Below are positions 29,809 through 39,671 of a stretch of 64,000 nt of DNA, one piece after another; the first letter of the stretch is position 1, and every line of letters starts with the position of its first letter. The stretch covers positions 64,001-128,000 of the forward strand of contig JAVZLM010000007.1 of NCBI GenBank assembly GCA_038883775.1. The letters run 5' to 3'. Source of the stretch: Candidatus Bathyarchaeia archaeon. GTDB lineage: Archaea; Thermoproteota; Bathyarchaeia; Bathyarchaeales; Bathycorpusculaceae. A program made the position numbers and the translations under genes. The notes beneath the pieces were generated by a model. The model saw nothing but the letters and a program-made list of their open reading frames with translations, had not been told where the DNA came from and did no database searches.

Positions 29809-29969
29809 GATGTTGCTGACCTCCTTTTTCATATGTCTTATGGATCATGTGAATTTAAATTTGGTCGCGGTTGTAGCAACTAAGAACCCTAACAGGATAA
29901 TCGTCAAAAATCTAGGTAGGAAGGTTTAGAAAATACTAAATTGGAACTTCACCACCAACAAGATTAACA

Positions 29970-30018
29970 TGAAAAAACCTAGAGGGTAGGGTCCGTATTG
30001 GTTGTTTTTAAATCCAAA
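29970..30018 (-). repeat. Dispersed ~48-bp intergenic repeat, copy 1
   Basis: Minus strand TTTGGATTTAAAAACAACCAATACGGACCCTACCCTCTAGGTTTTTTCA matches 48993-49039 at 44 of 49 positions. Confidence 0.85.
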
Positions 30019-30029
30019 AGTATGTTGTT

Positions 30030-30989
30030 TCAGCGCAGTTGTCTATTTAATGCCTCTTTAAGTGCTGGCAATATTTGGTATAAGTCGCCTACAACGCCAT
30101 AGTCTGCAACCTCAAATATGGGCGCATTCTCATCCTTGTTAATAGCCACTATCACCTTTGCGTCTCGGATTCCGGCTACGTGCTGTATTACGCCAGAAAT
30201 TCCGCATGCGATGTAAAGTTTCGGTTTAACTTTATGCCCTGACAATCCAACCCACTCTGTAAACCATTTTCTATCTTCGGCCAAAGGTCTCGTGTTGCCC
30301 ACTTGCCCGTTGAGGATTTTTGCCAATTCTTCCAGCAAGGCTGTGTCTTCTTTCTTTTCTAATCCCCTTCCGCAACTGACTATTACGTCAGCATCCTCAA
30401 TTCTTACAGCAGAAATTCCGAGAGGTTTAGTTTCGATGATTTCTGTTTTTGGCGCTTCAATTTTTGCTTCGAAATTTATTATTTGCCCGCTGCGGTCTTT
30501 TGGTTGAGGCTTTTCAAAGGTTCTTTGAGGTATTGTTGCTATTTGCGGTTTCGTTTTGTAGGTTAATTTTGCAGTGGCGTTTCCGCCGTAGGTTATTCTT
30601 TCGCATACAAGTCTTCCCTGTTCGTCAACACCTAGCCTATTGCAGTCTGGGATGCATCCAGTTTGGAGACGGGTTGCGAGTCTGGCTGCCAACGGTTTTC
30701 CATTTCTTGTGGAGCCAATTAACACTACTTCTGGTTTGTAGTTTACCACTAAACTATAAAGAATGCTGAGGTATGGTTCTGTTTGAAAATGGGTTAAGGT
30801 TTGATTTTCCACTACGAAAACTTTGTCCGCCCCATAGTTTATTAGCGCCTTTGCCTTTTCTTGAACACCATATCCGATCACAACAGCCGCCAATTCCTTT
30901 TGCAATTTATCCGCTATTTCTCTCCCTTTCCCGAGCATCTCCAGAGTCAAATCGTGCTTTTCAGAATAAACCAGAATCATGCCCTTCAC
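30030..30989 (-). CDS. etfA: Electron transfer flavoprotein alpha subunit
   Basis: VSCGRG, VGLSG..VKPKLYIACGISGVIQH, AINKD..APIF. Confidence 0.95.
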   Translation of the reverse strand: MKGMILVYSEKHDLTLEMLGKGREIADKLQKELAAVVIGYGVQEKAKALINYGADKVFVVENQTLTHFQTEPYLSILYSLVVNYKPEVVLIGSTRNGKPLAARLATRLQTGCIPDCNRLGVDEQGRLVCERITYGGNATAKLTYKTKPQIATIPQRTFEKPQPKDRSGQIINFEAKIEAPKTEIIETKPLGISAVRIEDADVIVSCGRGLEKKEDTALLEELAKILNGQVGNTRPLAEDRKWFTEWVGLSGHKVKPKLYIACGISGVIQHVAGIRDAKVIVAINKDENAPIFEVADYGVVGDLYQILPALKEALNRQLR

Positions 30990-31780
30990 CTTCCAACAAC
31001 GCCTTCCTCAACCAACGCCTTAACCAGTTTTTCAGCAATTTCTTGTGGCGTTTCACCCGTTATCTTTATTTTTTTGCGTTCTGTTTTTGGAGCCAAAACT
31101 TCCATTACTTCAATCTTTGCATCCAAATTCTCTTTTTGAAGGTTTAAGTCTGCAGCTGTCCATGTTATTATTTCTTTTTTAGAAGCTTTCATAATCATCA
31201 TTAGCGAGGGAATTCTGGGCTGATTTATCTCTCTTGTAACCGAAACTAAAGCGGGCGTTTTCACTTTCACAGTTTCAACTGCTTCTTCAAGGGCTCTTTC
31301 TGCAATAATCACATCATTTTCAACGGAAATTTTTCTAACAGAACTCACATGCGCCAATCCCAAAAGCTCCGCCAATCTTGAACTGACAAGTCCAGAAAAA
31401 CTGTCAAGGGAAGTTTCGCCGCAAAGAATCAAGTCAAAGGCTCCAATTTTTTTGATGGCTCCTGCTAGAATATACGCTGTGCCCAAAGTGTCAACTTCTT
31501 TAAAAAGGGGGTCCATAACCATGTAAGCCTTGTCTGCTCCCATGGCTAGGGCTTCCCGCAAAACAGTTTTTGCATCTTCCGCTGTGACTGTTACCGTTAT
31601 TATTTCGATGTTGCCAATTTTCTCCTTAATCCTAATGGCTTCTTCTAAGGCGTTCTTGTCAAAATCGCTTATTTTTTTGGCTGCACCAGCCGTTATCAGC
31701 TGTCTTGTTGCTGGATCCACTTTTAATTGTGAAACGTCAATTGCTTGTTTTAGGCAAACAATTATTCTATTCAACAACAC
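30986..31780 (-). CDS. etfB: Electron transfer flavoprotein beta subunit
   Basis: IVCLKQ, DKNALEEA, ALAMGAD, INQPRIPS. Confidence 0.95.
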   Translation of the reverse strand: MLLNRIIVCLKQAIDVSQLKVDPATRQLITAGAAKKISDFDKNALEEAIRIKEKIGNIEIITVTVTAEDAKTVLREALAMGADKAYMVMDPLFKEVDTLGTAYILAGAIKKIGAFDLILCGETSLDSFSGLVSSRLAELLGLAHVSSVRKISVENDVIIAERALEEAVETVKVKTPALVSVTREINQPRIPSLMMIMKASKKEIITWTAADLNLQKENLDAKIEVMEVLAPKTERKKIKITGETPQEIAEKLVKALVEEGVVGR

Positions 31781-31929
31781 TCACTTCTGACAGAGGTTAT
31801 TAGGAAACCTACAATTTCTAGCGCTTGTAAAAAACTTTTGCGCTCTAATTTTATCCTTTTAAAGGTAAATTTCGGCTGAACCGCGGATATGTATAAAAAC
31901 TTATTAGTATATGTTTTTTATGGTCTTTT

Positions 31930-33045
31930 ATGGAAGAAGCAAACATAGTCATTATAGGAGCTGGCATAGTTGGCTTAGCTGTGGCTGCAAAAATTTCTGA
32001 AAAAAATGAAGGAGTCTATATTTTAGAGAAAAACGCAAAGTTTGGACAAGAAACAAGCACTCACAACAGTGGCGTAATCCACTCTGGAATTCATTATCCG
32101 CCTGGTTCTCTTAAAGCCAAGTTATGCGTTAAGGGCAATTTGATGATTTACGAAATCTGCGAGAAATACAAGATTCCCTGTAAGCGCTTAGGAAAGTTAA
32201 CTGTAGCCATTGAAGAGGAAGAAATGGAGGAGTTAGAAAAACTGAGGCGTTGGGGAGAAACCAACGGAGTGGAAGGTTTAAAGATTTTAGAAAGGGAAGA
32301 TGTTAAGCGGTTAGAACCAAATGTTGAGGTGGAAAAGGCGCTTTATACGCCTTCCACAGGCATTGTGGAACCTGACGAGTTTATGAACTATTTTTATGCA
32401 AAAGCCTCTCAAAATGGGGCTGTTTTGGCTACAAAAACAGAGGTGACAGGCTTAAGGAAGATGGATGACTATTACGAGGTGAGCGGAATAAGTTTGGGCG
32501 AAAAATTCACCATCAAAGCCAAAAGTGTGATAAACTGTGCTGGGCTTTATTCGGACAAAATCGCCAAACTTATTGGGTTGGACGTGGAAAAACTTGGTTA
32601 TAAATTGCATTATTGTAAAGGCGATTACTTTAGGCTTATTGGTAAACCTCCAGTAAAAATGCTCGTTTATCCGGTTCCAAAAGGACCAGGATTGGGAATT
32701 CACTTAACTCCAGATTTAGCTGGGGTGGTGAAGCTTGGACCAAACGCCTATTACGTGGACAATATCAGTTACGAAGTAAGTTCTAGCGAAGAGGAGTTTC
32801 GGGAAGATGTGAAGAGGTTTTTGCCATGCATCGCTAACTATCAATTAACATCAGATTTTGCTGGGGTAAGACCAAAACTTCAAGGCCCAGGGGAAGGATT
32901 TAGAGATTTCGTTATAAGGCATGAGGATGATAAGGGTTTGTTTGGTTTTATAAATTTGATAGGCATCGAGTCGCCGGGTTTAACGGCAGCTCCAGCCATT
33001 GGCGAGTTTGTTTCCGAAATATATGAGAACAAAGTTAAAAAGTGA
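31930..33045 (+). CDS. FAD-dependent oxidoreductase, L-2-hydroxyglutarate dehydrogenase (LhgO)-like
   Basis: GAGIVG, TSTHNSGVIHSG, INCAGLYSD, KGDY, LGIHLT, GVRPK, IESPGLTAAPAI. Confidence 0.85.
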   Translation: MEEANIVIIGAGIVGLAVAAKISEKNEGVYILEKNAKFGQETSTHNSGVIHSGIHYPPGSLKAKLCVKGNLMIYEICEKYKIPCKRLGKLTVAIEEEEMEELEKLRRWGETNGVEGLKILEREDVKRLEPNVEVEKALYTPSTGIVEPDEFMNYFYAKASQNGAVLATKTEVTGLRKMDDYYEVSGISLGEKFTIKAKSVINCAGLYSDKIAKLIGLDVEKLGYKLHYCKGDYFRLIGKPPVKMLVYPVPKGPGLGIHLTPDLAGVVKLGPNAYYVDNISYEVSSSEEEFREDVKRFLPCIANYQLTSDFAGVRPKLQGPGEGFRDFVIRHEDDKGLFGFINLIGIESPGLTAAPAIGEFVSEIYENKVKK

Positions 33046-33137
33046 AAAAATTTTCAGAAAAAGGGTTTAAGCGTGAAACACCTGAATAGAGTTTTATTTA
33101 ATGCCAACAACAAAAGGGAACAGAGGCTGCGTGGAAA

Positions 33138-34262
33138 ATGGCTTCCAAAACAGTTTTCTGGCAAGGAAACGAGGCTTGTGTTGAAGCAGCAATAATTGCT
33201 GGCTGCCATTTTTTCGCTGGATATCCCATATCCCCTGCGAACGAAATCTCTGAGTATATGGCAGAGCGTCTGCCAAAAGTTGGTGGCATTTTCATGCAGA
33301 TGGAAGATGAAATAGCTTCCATAGGCGCTGTTATGGGGGCTAGTTGGTGTGGAGCGAAGGCTATGACCGCTACCTCTGGACCAGGCTTCAGCTTGATGCA
33401 AGAAACAATTGGATGGGGGTTTATGACGGAGACGCCTTGCGTTGTTGTTGATGTGCAGAGGGTTGGACCTGGCACTGGACAAGCCACTAAGGCTGCTCAG
33501 GGCGATGTAATGCAGGCTCGTTGGGGGACGCATGGCGACTATTCTGCTATTGCGCTTTCTCCCAATTCTGTTCAAGAACTGTTTGAGCTCACAATTAGAG
33601 CTTTTAACTTGGCTGAAAAGTATCGCACCCCTGTTGTCATTTTAACTGATGAAATAATAGCTCACGTTAGAGAGCAAGTTGCAATCCCGCCATTAGAAAA
33701 AATTGAAATAATAAATAGAAAAAAGCCCAAGGCTGAAGACAAAATGTTTTTTGGTTTAGAGAACGTGGCGCCCATGCCATCAGTTGGCGAGGGTTTTAAT
33801 GTTGCTGTTACCGCTTCAACCCACGATGAATATGGAGTCCGTTTTACAGCAGACCCAAAAGTGCATAGGCGAATGTTAGAAGCCATCAACAACAAGATAA
33901 ACAAAAACGTGGATGACATAGTGGAAGTTGAAACTTACAACGTTAACAACTGCCAAGTTGGCATAGTCTCTTTTGGATGTGCATCCCGAGCAGTTTACGA
34001 AGCCGTAGAGGCTGCAGAAACTAAGGGAATAAAAACTGGTTATGTTCGTCTAAAAACCATTTGGCCCTTCCCAGAAAAACAAATCGAACGGTTAGCAGAA
34101 TCTGCTGAGAAAATAATTGTTCCTGAGATGAATCTTGGGCAGATATTTTATGAGGTTAAAAGAGTTGCATGTTCTAGAAAAGTTGTTCCTTTGAATAAAA
34201 TTGGCGGGGGAGAAATGATTACGCCTGAGGAGATTTTGGCTGAAATTTTAAGGGGGCGATGA
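33138..34262 (+). CDS. korA: 2-oxoacid:ferredoxin oxidoreductase alpha subunit
   Basis: GNEA, AGYPISP, QMEDEIAS, TSGPGFSLMQE. Confidence 0.92.
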   Translation: MASKTVFWQGNEACVEAAIIAGCHFFAGYPISPANEISEYMAERLPKVGGIFMQMEDEIASIGAVMGASWCGAKAMTATSGPGFSLMQETIGWGFMTETPCVVVDVQRVGPGTGQATKAAQGDVMQARWGTHGDYSAIALSPNSVQELFELTIRAFNLAEKYRTPVVILTDEIIAHVREQVAIPPLEKIEIINRKKPKAEDKMFFGLENVAPMPSVGEGFNVAVTASTHDEYGVRFTADPKVHRRMLEAINNKINKNVDDIVEVETYNVNNCQVGIVSFGCASRAVYEAVEAAETKGIKTGYVRLKTIWPFPEKQIERLAESAEKIIVPEMNLGQIFYEVKRVACSRKVVPLNKIGGGEMITPEEILAEILRGR

Positions 34263-34266
34263 ATGG

Positions 34267-35100
34267 ATGGGTGAAGCCTTTTCAAGTCGTAATTATATGA
34301 GAGATTTAAGATTGCCCTTCTGTCCTGGATGTGGCTTGTTTGCTTTAAGTGACACCTTTTTGAGGGCTGTTCACGAATTGGGTTATAAAGATTTGAGTAA
34401 TTTCATTTTTACAAGCGGTATAGGCTGCACTTCTTGGATTCCATCACCATATTTTAAGGCTGATTCTATCCACACGCTTCATGGAAGAAGCATACCCCCA
34501 GCAACAAGCATAAAACTCCTAAAACCAAACTTTCACGTTGTCGTCTTCGGAGGAGACGGCGACATAGTCGGCATAGGCTTAAGCCACTTCATCCACGCAG
34601 CAAGGCGAAACACGGATATTCTTGTGATAATGGGGAACAACATGGTTTATGGCATGACGGGAGGTCAAGTGGCACCCACAACTCCTTATAAAGCCTACAC
34701 AACCACAACGCCCTATGGAAGCTTTGAGCATCCCTTAGACGCTGCAAAACTTGCAGTGGCGGCAGGCGCAGCCTACGTAGCCAGATGGACAACCGCCCAC
34801 CTAAATGAATTGAAAGAATCCATCAAGAAAGCAATACGGTTGCAAGGTTTTCGTTTCATTGAAGTTGTAACCCAATGCCCAACAGCCTACGGCAGAAGAA
34901 TGGGCTTTAAAAATGTTGGAGAGATGCTGAAGTGGTTTAGGGAAAACTCCATTCCCTTCAAGCAGACGGAAGGAATGCGAGAAGAAGATTTGGAGGGTAA
35001 AATTGTTGTTGGAGAGTTTGTGGAAAGGAGGCGTCCGACGCTTGTGGAGAATGTTTACGCTTTGTTAAAGGAGGCGCAGAAAGGTGGCAAAAAGGATTGA
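34267..35100 (+). CDS. korB: 2-oxoacid:ferredoxin oxidoreductase beta subunit
   Basis: FCPGCG, SGIGC, GGDGD, NNMVYGMTGGQ. Confidence 0.92.
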   Translation: MGEAFSSRNYMRDLRLPFCPGCGLFALSDTFLRAVHELGYKDLSNFIFTSGIGCTSWIPSPYFKADSIHTLHGRSIPPATSIKLLKPNFHVVVFGGDGDIVGIGLSHFIHAARRNTDILVIMGNNMVYGMTGGQVAPTTPYKAYTTTTPYGSFEHPLDAAKLAVAAGAAYVARWTTAHLNELKESIKKAIRLQGFRFIEVVTQCPTAYGRRMGFKNVGEMLKWFRENSIPFKQTEGMREEDLEGKIVVGEFVERRRPTLVENVYALLKEAQKGGKKD

Positions 35101-35617
35101 AATAATAATAGGTGGAAGTGGCGGTCAAGGTGTTGTTTTAGCCGGACAAGTGTTGGGTAAGGCTGTTGCTTATGAAGGCAAAAAAGTTTTGCAAACACAA
35201 AGTTATGGAGCCGAAGCAAGGGGAAGCCTAGCGAGAAGCGAAGTGATAATTTCAGATGAAAAAATAGGTTTTCCAGCTGTTAGAAAATGCGACATACTAG
35301 TTGCTATGAACCAGGAATCCTTAGATGCATATTTGTGTTGTCTCAAGGATGATGGGCTGCTAATAGTTGATAGCACAAATGTGCAGGAAATCCATGAAGC
35401 AAAGGCGAAGGTCTACAGAATTCCCATAACAGAAACTTGCAAGAAAATGTTTGGGGAAGCGACATATGCAAACATGATGATGCTTGGAGCCTTAACTAAA
35501 ATAACAAGGCTTGTTAATGGCAAAACTATGGAAAAGGTCATTGAGGAAACTGTGCCCGCAAAAACTTTAGACCCTAACCTGAAAGCCTTCCAGAAAGGTC
35601 AAGAGCTAATATCATAA
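35084..35617 (+). CDS. korC: 2-oxoacid:ferredoxin oxidoreductase gamma subunit
   Basis: GSGGQGV, QSYGAEARG, NMMMLGA. Confidence 0.9.
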   Translation: MAKRIEIIIGGSGGQGVVLAGQVLGKAVAYEGKKVLQTQSYGAEARGSLARSEVIISDEKIGFPAVRKCDILVAMNQESLDAYLCCLKDDGLLIVDSTNVQEIHEAKAKVYRIPITETCKKMFGEATYANMMMLGALTKITRLVNGKTMEKVIEETVPAKTLDPNLKAFQKGQELIS

Positions 35618-35624
35618 TGGTGTC

Positions 35625-36737
35625 TTGTTTATGGATTATGAAATTAAATGTAGCAGTTGTGGGCAATCTTCAACCAACCCTTTAGATTTTAAGTGTCCAA
35701 AATGCAGTCATCCTTTAGAACTGCAAACTTTTATCGACTTTAAAGCTGAAAAAATTATAGGTAAGGACTATACGCTTTGGCGGTATGCAAAATTTTTCCC
35801 ATACGTAAAAGAGGATATCATATCGTTGGGAGAGGGCTGGACCCCCCTTGTCAAGTTTTCCGAAAATGTCTATTTTAAACTTGAAAACTTGAATCCAACT
35901 GGTTCGTTTAAGGATAGAGGTTCAACAGTGCTTTTCTCCGCAATACATAGACTTGTAAAGGCTGCTGGTGGATACATAAGTGAAGATTCTTCTGGCAATG
36001 CTGGGGCATCCATGGCTGCTTATGCTGCCAGAGCTGGTTTGAAAGCGAAGATTTATGTTCCAGAAAACGTTTCTGGACCAAAGTTTAATCAAATCCAATT
36101 TTATGGTGCAGAAGTTGTCAAAGTTTCTGGAAGTCGCTGCAAGGTTGCTGAAGAAGCGCAAAAAGCTGAGAAGGGGAAATTTTATGTGGGGCATATTTTG
36201 CATCCATTGTTTAGGGATGGGATAAGAAGTCTTGCTTATGAGATAGCTGAACAGTTTGGTTGGAGTGTTCCAAAGCGCATTTATTTCCCGGTTTCGGCTG
36301 GCACCTTGCTTTTGGGCGTGATTGATGGGCTTAAGCACCTTATCAATTCAAACATAATCGAAGGTATGCCTAAAATTGTGGCTTGCCAAACACAACAAGT
36401 TTCACCCCTCTACCACAAATTCAAAAATTTAGACTATACTCCTCCTGAAAAAATAACTTCCATAGCTGATGCATTAGTCAGTGTTAACCCTCCGCTTTTG
36501 AGGCTTATGGCTAAAAAGTTAAGGGAAGCTGATGGCGATGCGGTTATGGTTGACGAAAACGAGATTTATAGGGCTTTTATGGAGCTTGCTGGGAAAGGTT
36601 TTTTTGTGGAGCCAAGCTCAGCTGTGGCTTATGCAGCCTACCAAAAACAACTACTGGAAGACGCGAAGGCACGAAAAGAGAAAACATTAATAATCCTCAC
36701 GGGAAGCGGATTGAAAACATCCTTAAAGCCAAGCTAA
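35625..36737 (+). CDS. thrC: Threonine synthase-like PLP enzyme
   Basis: N-terminal CxxC...CxxC, SLGEGWTP, NPTGSFKDRG, SSGNAG, VEPSSA, LTGSGLK. Confidence 0.8.
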   Translation: MFMDYEIKCSSCGQSSTNPLDFKCPKCSHPLELQTFIDFKAEKIIGKDYTLWRYAKFFPYVKEDIISLGEGWTPLVKFSENVYFKLENLNPTGSFKDRGSTVLFSAIHRLVKAAGGYISEDSSGNAGASMAAYAARAGLKAKIYVPENVSGPKFNQIQFYGAEVVKVSGSRCKVAEEAQKAEKGKFYVGHILHPLFRDGIRSLAYEIAEQFGWSVPKRIYFPVSAGTLLLGVIDGLKHLINSNIIEGMPKIVACQTQQVSPLYHKFKNLDYTPPEKITSIADALVSVNPPLLRLMAKKLREADGDAVMVDENEIYRAFMELAGKGFFVEPSSAVAYAAYQKQLLEDAKARKEKTLIILTGSGLKTSLKPS

Positions 36738-36854
36738 AATATTAGCCTTTTATGAAAAGATATTTGTCGAAAATGTGGTAGTGATTCTCAAATATGCTTT
36801 TTAGAAATTTTCCCTTCTTGATAGAATGGTTAAAAAAGAAATGGAAGATGAGTT

Positions 36855-37526
36855 TTAGCTTCTTTTGTGCTTTGTGAAGATTACGGCTGTTGCCACTATG
36901 GCTATTGCCACTATCAATGAGACGCTGATGGAAAGCATCTCAATTGGTAAGCTTGGTATTGGTAGCGGGTTTGAAGATGATGCTTGCCAAATGTTTGTGC
37001 TTGTTGCTTTAAAAGTGGCTGATGTTGAGCCTTGGGTTAAGGTTACTTCTACGATTATTCCAGTCTCCTTGTCCCAGCAGTAGCTGAACTGCATATCTCC
37101 TTGCGTTAAGCTTGCGTAGACAACGGTTCTGCTTGCTCCCGCATAGGTTCCGGTTTTTTCACCAGCAATGGTTACGCTGCCTCCTTCCACCGCTTGAATA
37201 ACATCTTCGGTCCTTGAGTTTGCTGGTATAAGCGCTTGGAAAGTGAGGTTTCCAGCGCCGCTGGCAACATCCCACGTCATGGTTTCAGTTTGTTCTGCGC
37301 CATTGCTGAAGTGTGTTGTCACGCGTAACGTTGCAGTTGTTCCCGCTGCTGATAGGCATTCCACTTTAACCCATTGAATAAAGTCGCTTGGCAAATTGCT
37401 ACCTGAAACGTAGTCACATTTTATCCAGTCGCCTGCTTTAACGCCCAACTGCGCAGTAGCGTAAACTGAACCTACGCTGAACAGAAAAAGCATTGCAATT
37501 GTTCCCACAGCGGCTGTTTTCCTCAT
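36855..37526 (-). CDS. Secreted, membrane-anchored surface protein
   Basis: Signal peptide, GVKAGDWIKC, WDKETGI, C-terminal TM plus basic tail KHKRS. Confidence 0.8.
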   Translation of the reverse strand: MRKTAAVGTIAMLFLFSVGSVYATAQLGVKAGDWIKCDYVSGSNLPSDFIQWVKVECLSAAGTTATLRVTTHFSNGAEQTETMTWDVASGAGNLTFQALIPANSRTEDVIQAVEGGSVTIAGEKTGTYAGASRTVVYASLTQGDMQFSYCWDKETGIIVEVTLTQGSTSATFKATSTNIWQASSSNPLPIPSLPIEMLSISVSLIVAIAIVATAVIFTKHKRS

Positions 37527-37539
37527 AATGTTGCCTCCA

Positions 37540-39357
37540 TTATCCTCGTCTAACGATTATAACCGCTATCACAGATGCAACTACTACGATGGCAACTGAC
37601 AGTATTAGCCACCAGTAGCCCAATATGCCCGTCAAATCCACGCCGCCGATGCCACTGCCACCGCCGCCTTGCAGATGCGCTGTCAACTCGTGGAAGCTGT
37701 GATGGTATTCCACATAAATCTGAGCATAGCTGCCCATTTGGTTTGTTTGGAATTCTATGGGCTGGTTGTCCAATGTAACGCTAACTGCGGAAAGAGAAGT
37801 TATCATTTCCATTGGTATTGTTATGTTGGCTATGCCTGTCGTTCCATCCGGACCGCCAACAGAAATGCTCAAAGCCATACTTGTGGAATTAAACACCACG
37901 CCGAGTACGGAGGAGTTTGTTGAAACATACATTGTCTTATTTGACCATTGAAGCTGCATTCGAATCCATCCTTCTGGCAGAACGGAAATAAAAGCGTTTA
38001 ATCCAGTTGCTGCAGCCTCAAGACCATCATTGTAGCCATCACCATCCGTATCCCGTCTTGTGGGATCTGTTCGGAAAACTTTGATTTCAACGCCGTCGCT
38101 CAGTCCATCCCCATCAGTATCTGGATTTAATAGATTCAACGGATAGGTTCCAGAACCAGTCCGGTTTATGTTAAACTCGTACTCTTCCAAGTTGGACAAG
38201 CCATCATTGTCATAGTCTTTGTAGAGGTCTGTAGGGTCCAGCGGATTGAAGTATCCACAGAAAATTTCTTCACGGTCAGATAGGCCGTCTCCGTCGCTGT
38301 CCGGGTTGGAGGATATTGGAAGACTTAAATCTATAAGGTATGGGACACCCCAGGCTATCGGTTTAATGAAGGCGGCTATAGAGTCGTTGAGGGGCGACCA
38401 TGTCCAACATTTGGCTCCATAAAAAATTGTTCTTTTGTTGCTTCCATCAACATTTACAGCTGTGATGTTACTACTATCCCACCAAATATTATACGGATTA
38501 TACTCACTTCTTTCTCCGTAATTAACTTCCGTGTATGTTAGCATTGTTCCATTTGGTGCCCAATTTAAATGCATTGCAATGTTGTTTTCTGAGATATCAG
38601 CAATCTTGGTTAGGTCAGTTCCATCGGAGTTAATGATCCAAACGCCAGTGTATGTTGTGAAGGCTATCTTGTCGTTTAATGGAGAAAACCTAACGCTAAA
38701 CATTTGGTTATCTGACCCCTCAAGTTCCAGAACCAGTGATCTCTCACTTGTTTCTAAGTTGACCTTCCAGATTCGACTAACATAAGTGTAGGGATATGAA
38801 GAATAGTTCTTTGCAAATTCCGTGTAAAGCAGTGTTGTGCCATTGCTTGACAAGTCAAAGAATGTGGGGACACATGAGGAGCTGCTATTAACGTAGGTTA
38901 TGAAAGTTGGATTAGAACCACCCAAGCTTATCGAATATATTGCGGAAGAAGGAGCAAATACATAGCTAGTGTTGACATAGAATATTTTTGAGTCGACTGG
39001 TGAAATAATAAAACTATCAAACACGCCTTGACCGCTATAACCCCGCGGATTCCAGGACTCACTAATCGGTGACCAAGTGCTTGCGTTAATCACTACAAAA
39101 CGGTCAGAACCAGCTATTAATAGCAGTTCTCCAGAGGGTGACCATACGATGCTTGTAGCGTCAATGCCTCCAGAACTCCACATGATATGCCCATCTTGCG
39201 TTTGCCATACTTGAGGCGCAGGCCAATAAATAATCCTCGGATTGGCATTTTCGGTAGATTCGATTGCGTTCGAAAGAGGAACACTGCAAAGTCCAAGCAT
39301 GATTAAAACGAAAATGATGGTTATTACGGCGATAGATGAAAGCCTAGTTTTCGACAT
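37540..39357 (-). CDS. Surface protein: TolB-like beta-propeller plus TSP3-like Ca-binding repeats plus C-terminal TM anchor
   Basis: Signal peptide; WSPSG/FSPLN/WAPNG/WSPLN blades; DSDGDGLSD, DYDNDGLSN, DTDGDGLSDG, DTDGDGYNDG; many N-x-S/T sequons. Confidence 0.85.
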   Translation of the reverse strand: MSKTRLSSIAVITIIFVLIMLGLCSVPLSNAIESTENANPRIIYWPAPQVWQTQDGHIMWSSGGIDATSIVWSPSGELLLIAGSDRFVVINASTWSPISESWNPRGYSGQGVFDSFIISPVDSKIFYVNTSYVFAPSSAIYSISLGGSNPTFITYVNSSSSCVPTFFDLSSNGTTLLYTEFAKNYSSYPYTYVSRIWKVNLETSERSLVLELEGSDNQMFSVRFSPLNDKIAFTTYTGVWIINSDGTDLTKIADISENNIAMHLNWAPNGTMLTYTEVNYGERSEYNPYNIWWDSSNITAVNVDGSNKRTIFYGAKCWTWSPLNDSIAAFIKPIAWGVPYLIDLSLPISSNPDSDGDGLSDREEIFCGYFNPLDPTDLYKDYDNDGLSNLEEYEFNINRTGSGTYPLNLLNPDTDGDGLSDGVEIKVFRTDPTRRDTDGDGYNDGLEAAATGLNAFISVLPEGWIRMQLQWSNKTMYVSTNSSVLGVVFNSTSMALSISVGGPDGTTGIANITIPMEMITSLSAVSVTLDNQPIEFQTNQMGSYAQIYVEYHHSFHELTAHLQGGGGSGIGGVDLTGILGYWWLILSVAIVVVASVIAVIIVRRG

Positions 39358-39671
39358 TTAATTTTCCTCCATGATTTTTTAGTGTTTATTACGAAAGCAT
39401 ACTCTAAAAACTTATGCATAAAAATTTCATAGAATAAATCCTAAAAATTCATCATAATTCCAACTAAACTTTAAACTGTATTCTAAACATTAAAAGCCGA
39501 AATCTAGCACAAAATTACAGCAACCAAACTTGTTGGCTTACATAGCCTATTAACTCCGAGGAGTTCGATGAAGCGATTTTATTCCAGAAATGTGCTCAAT
39601 TAAGCGTAATTAAGGAAAAATTTATATTGTAATGCTGTTTTTCATTGAGACGCATTAGGGAGGTTGTTTGC

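Noticed and set aside
38030-38300. Repeated ccatc/gccgtc motifs, considered as a CRISPR or DNA repeat
   Set aside because: They are codons for the DxDxDG Ca-binding repeats and show no repeat-spacer regularity.
39358-39671. Long intergenic region before the thermosome gene, checked for tRNA or sRNA
   Set aside because: No cloverleaf or convincing C/D boxes were seen.
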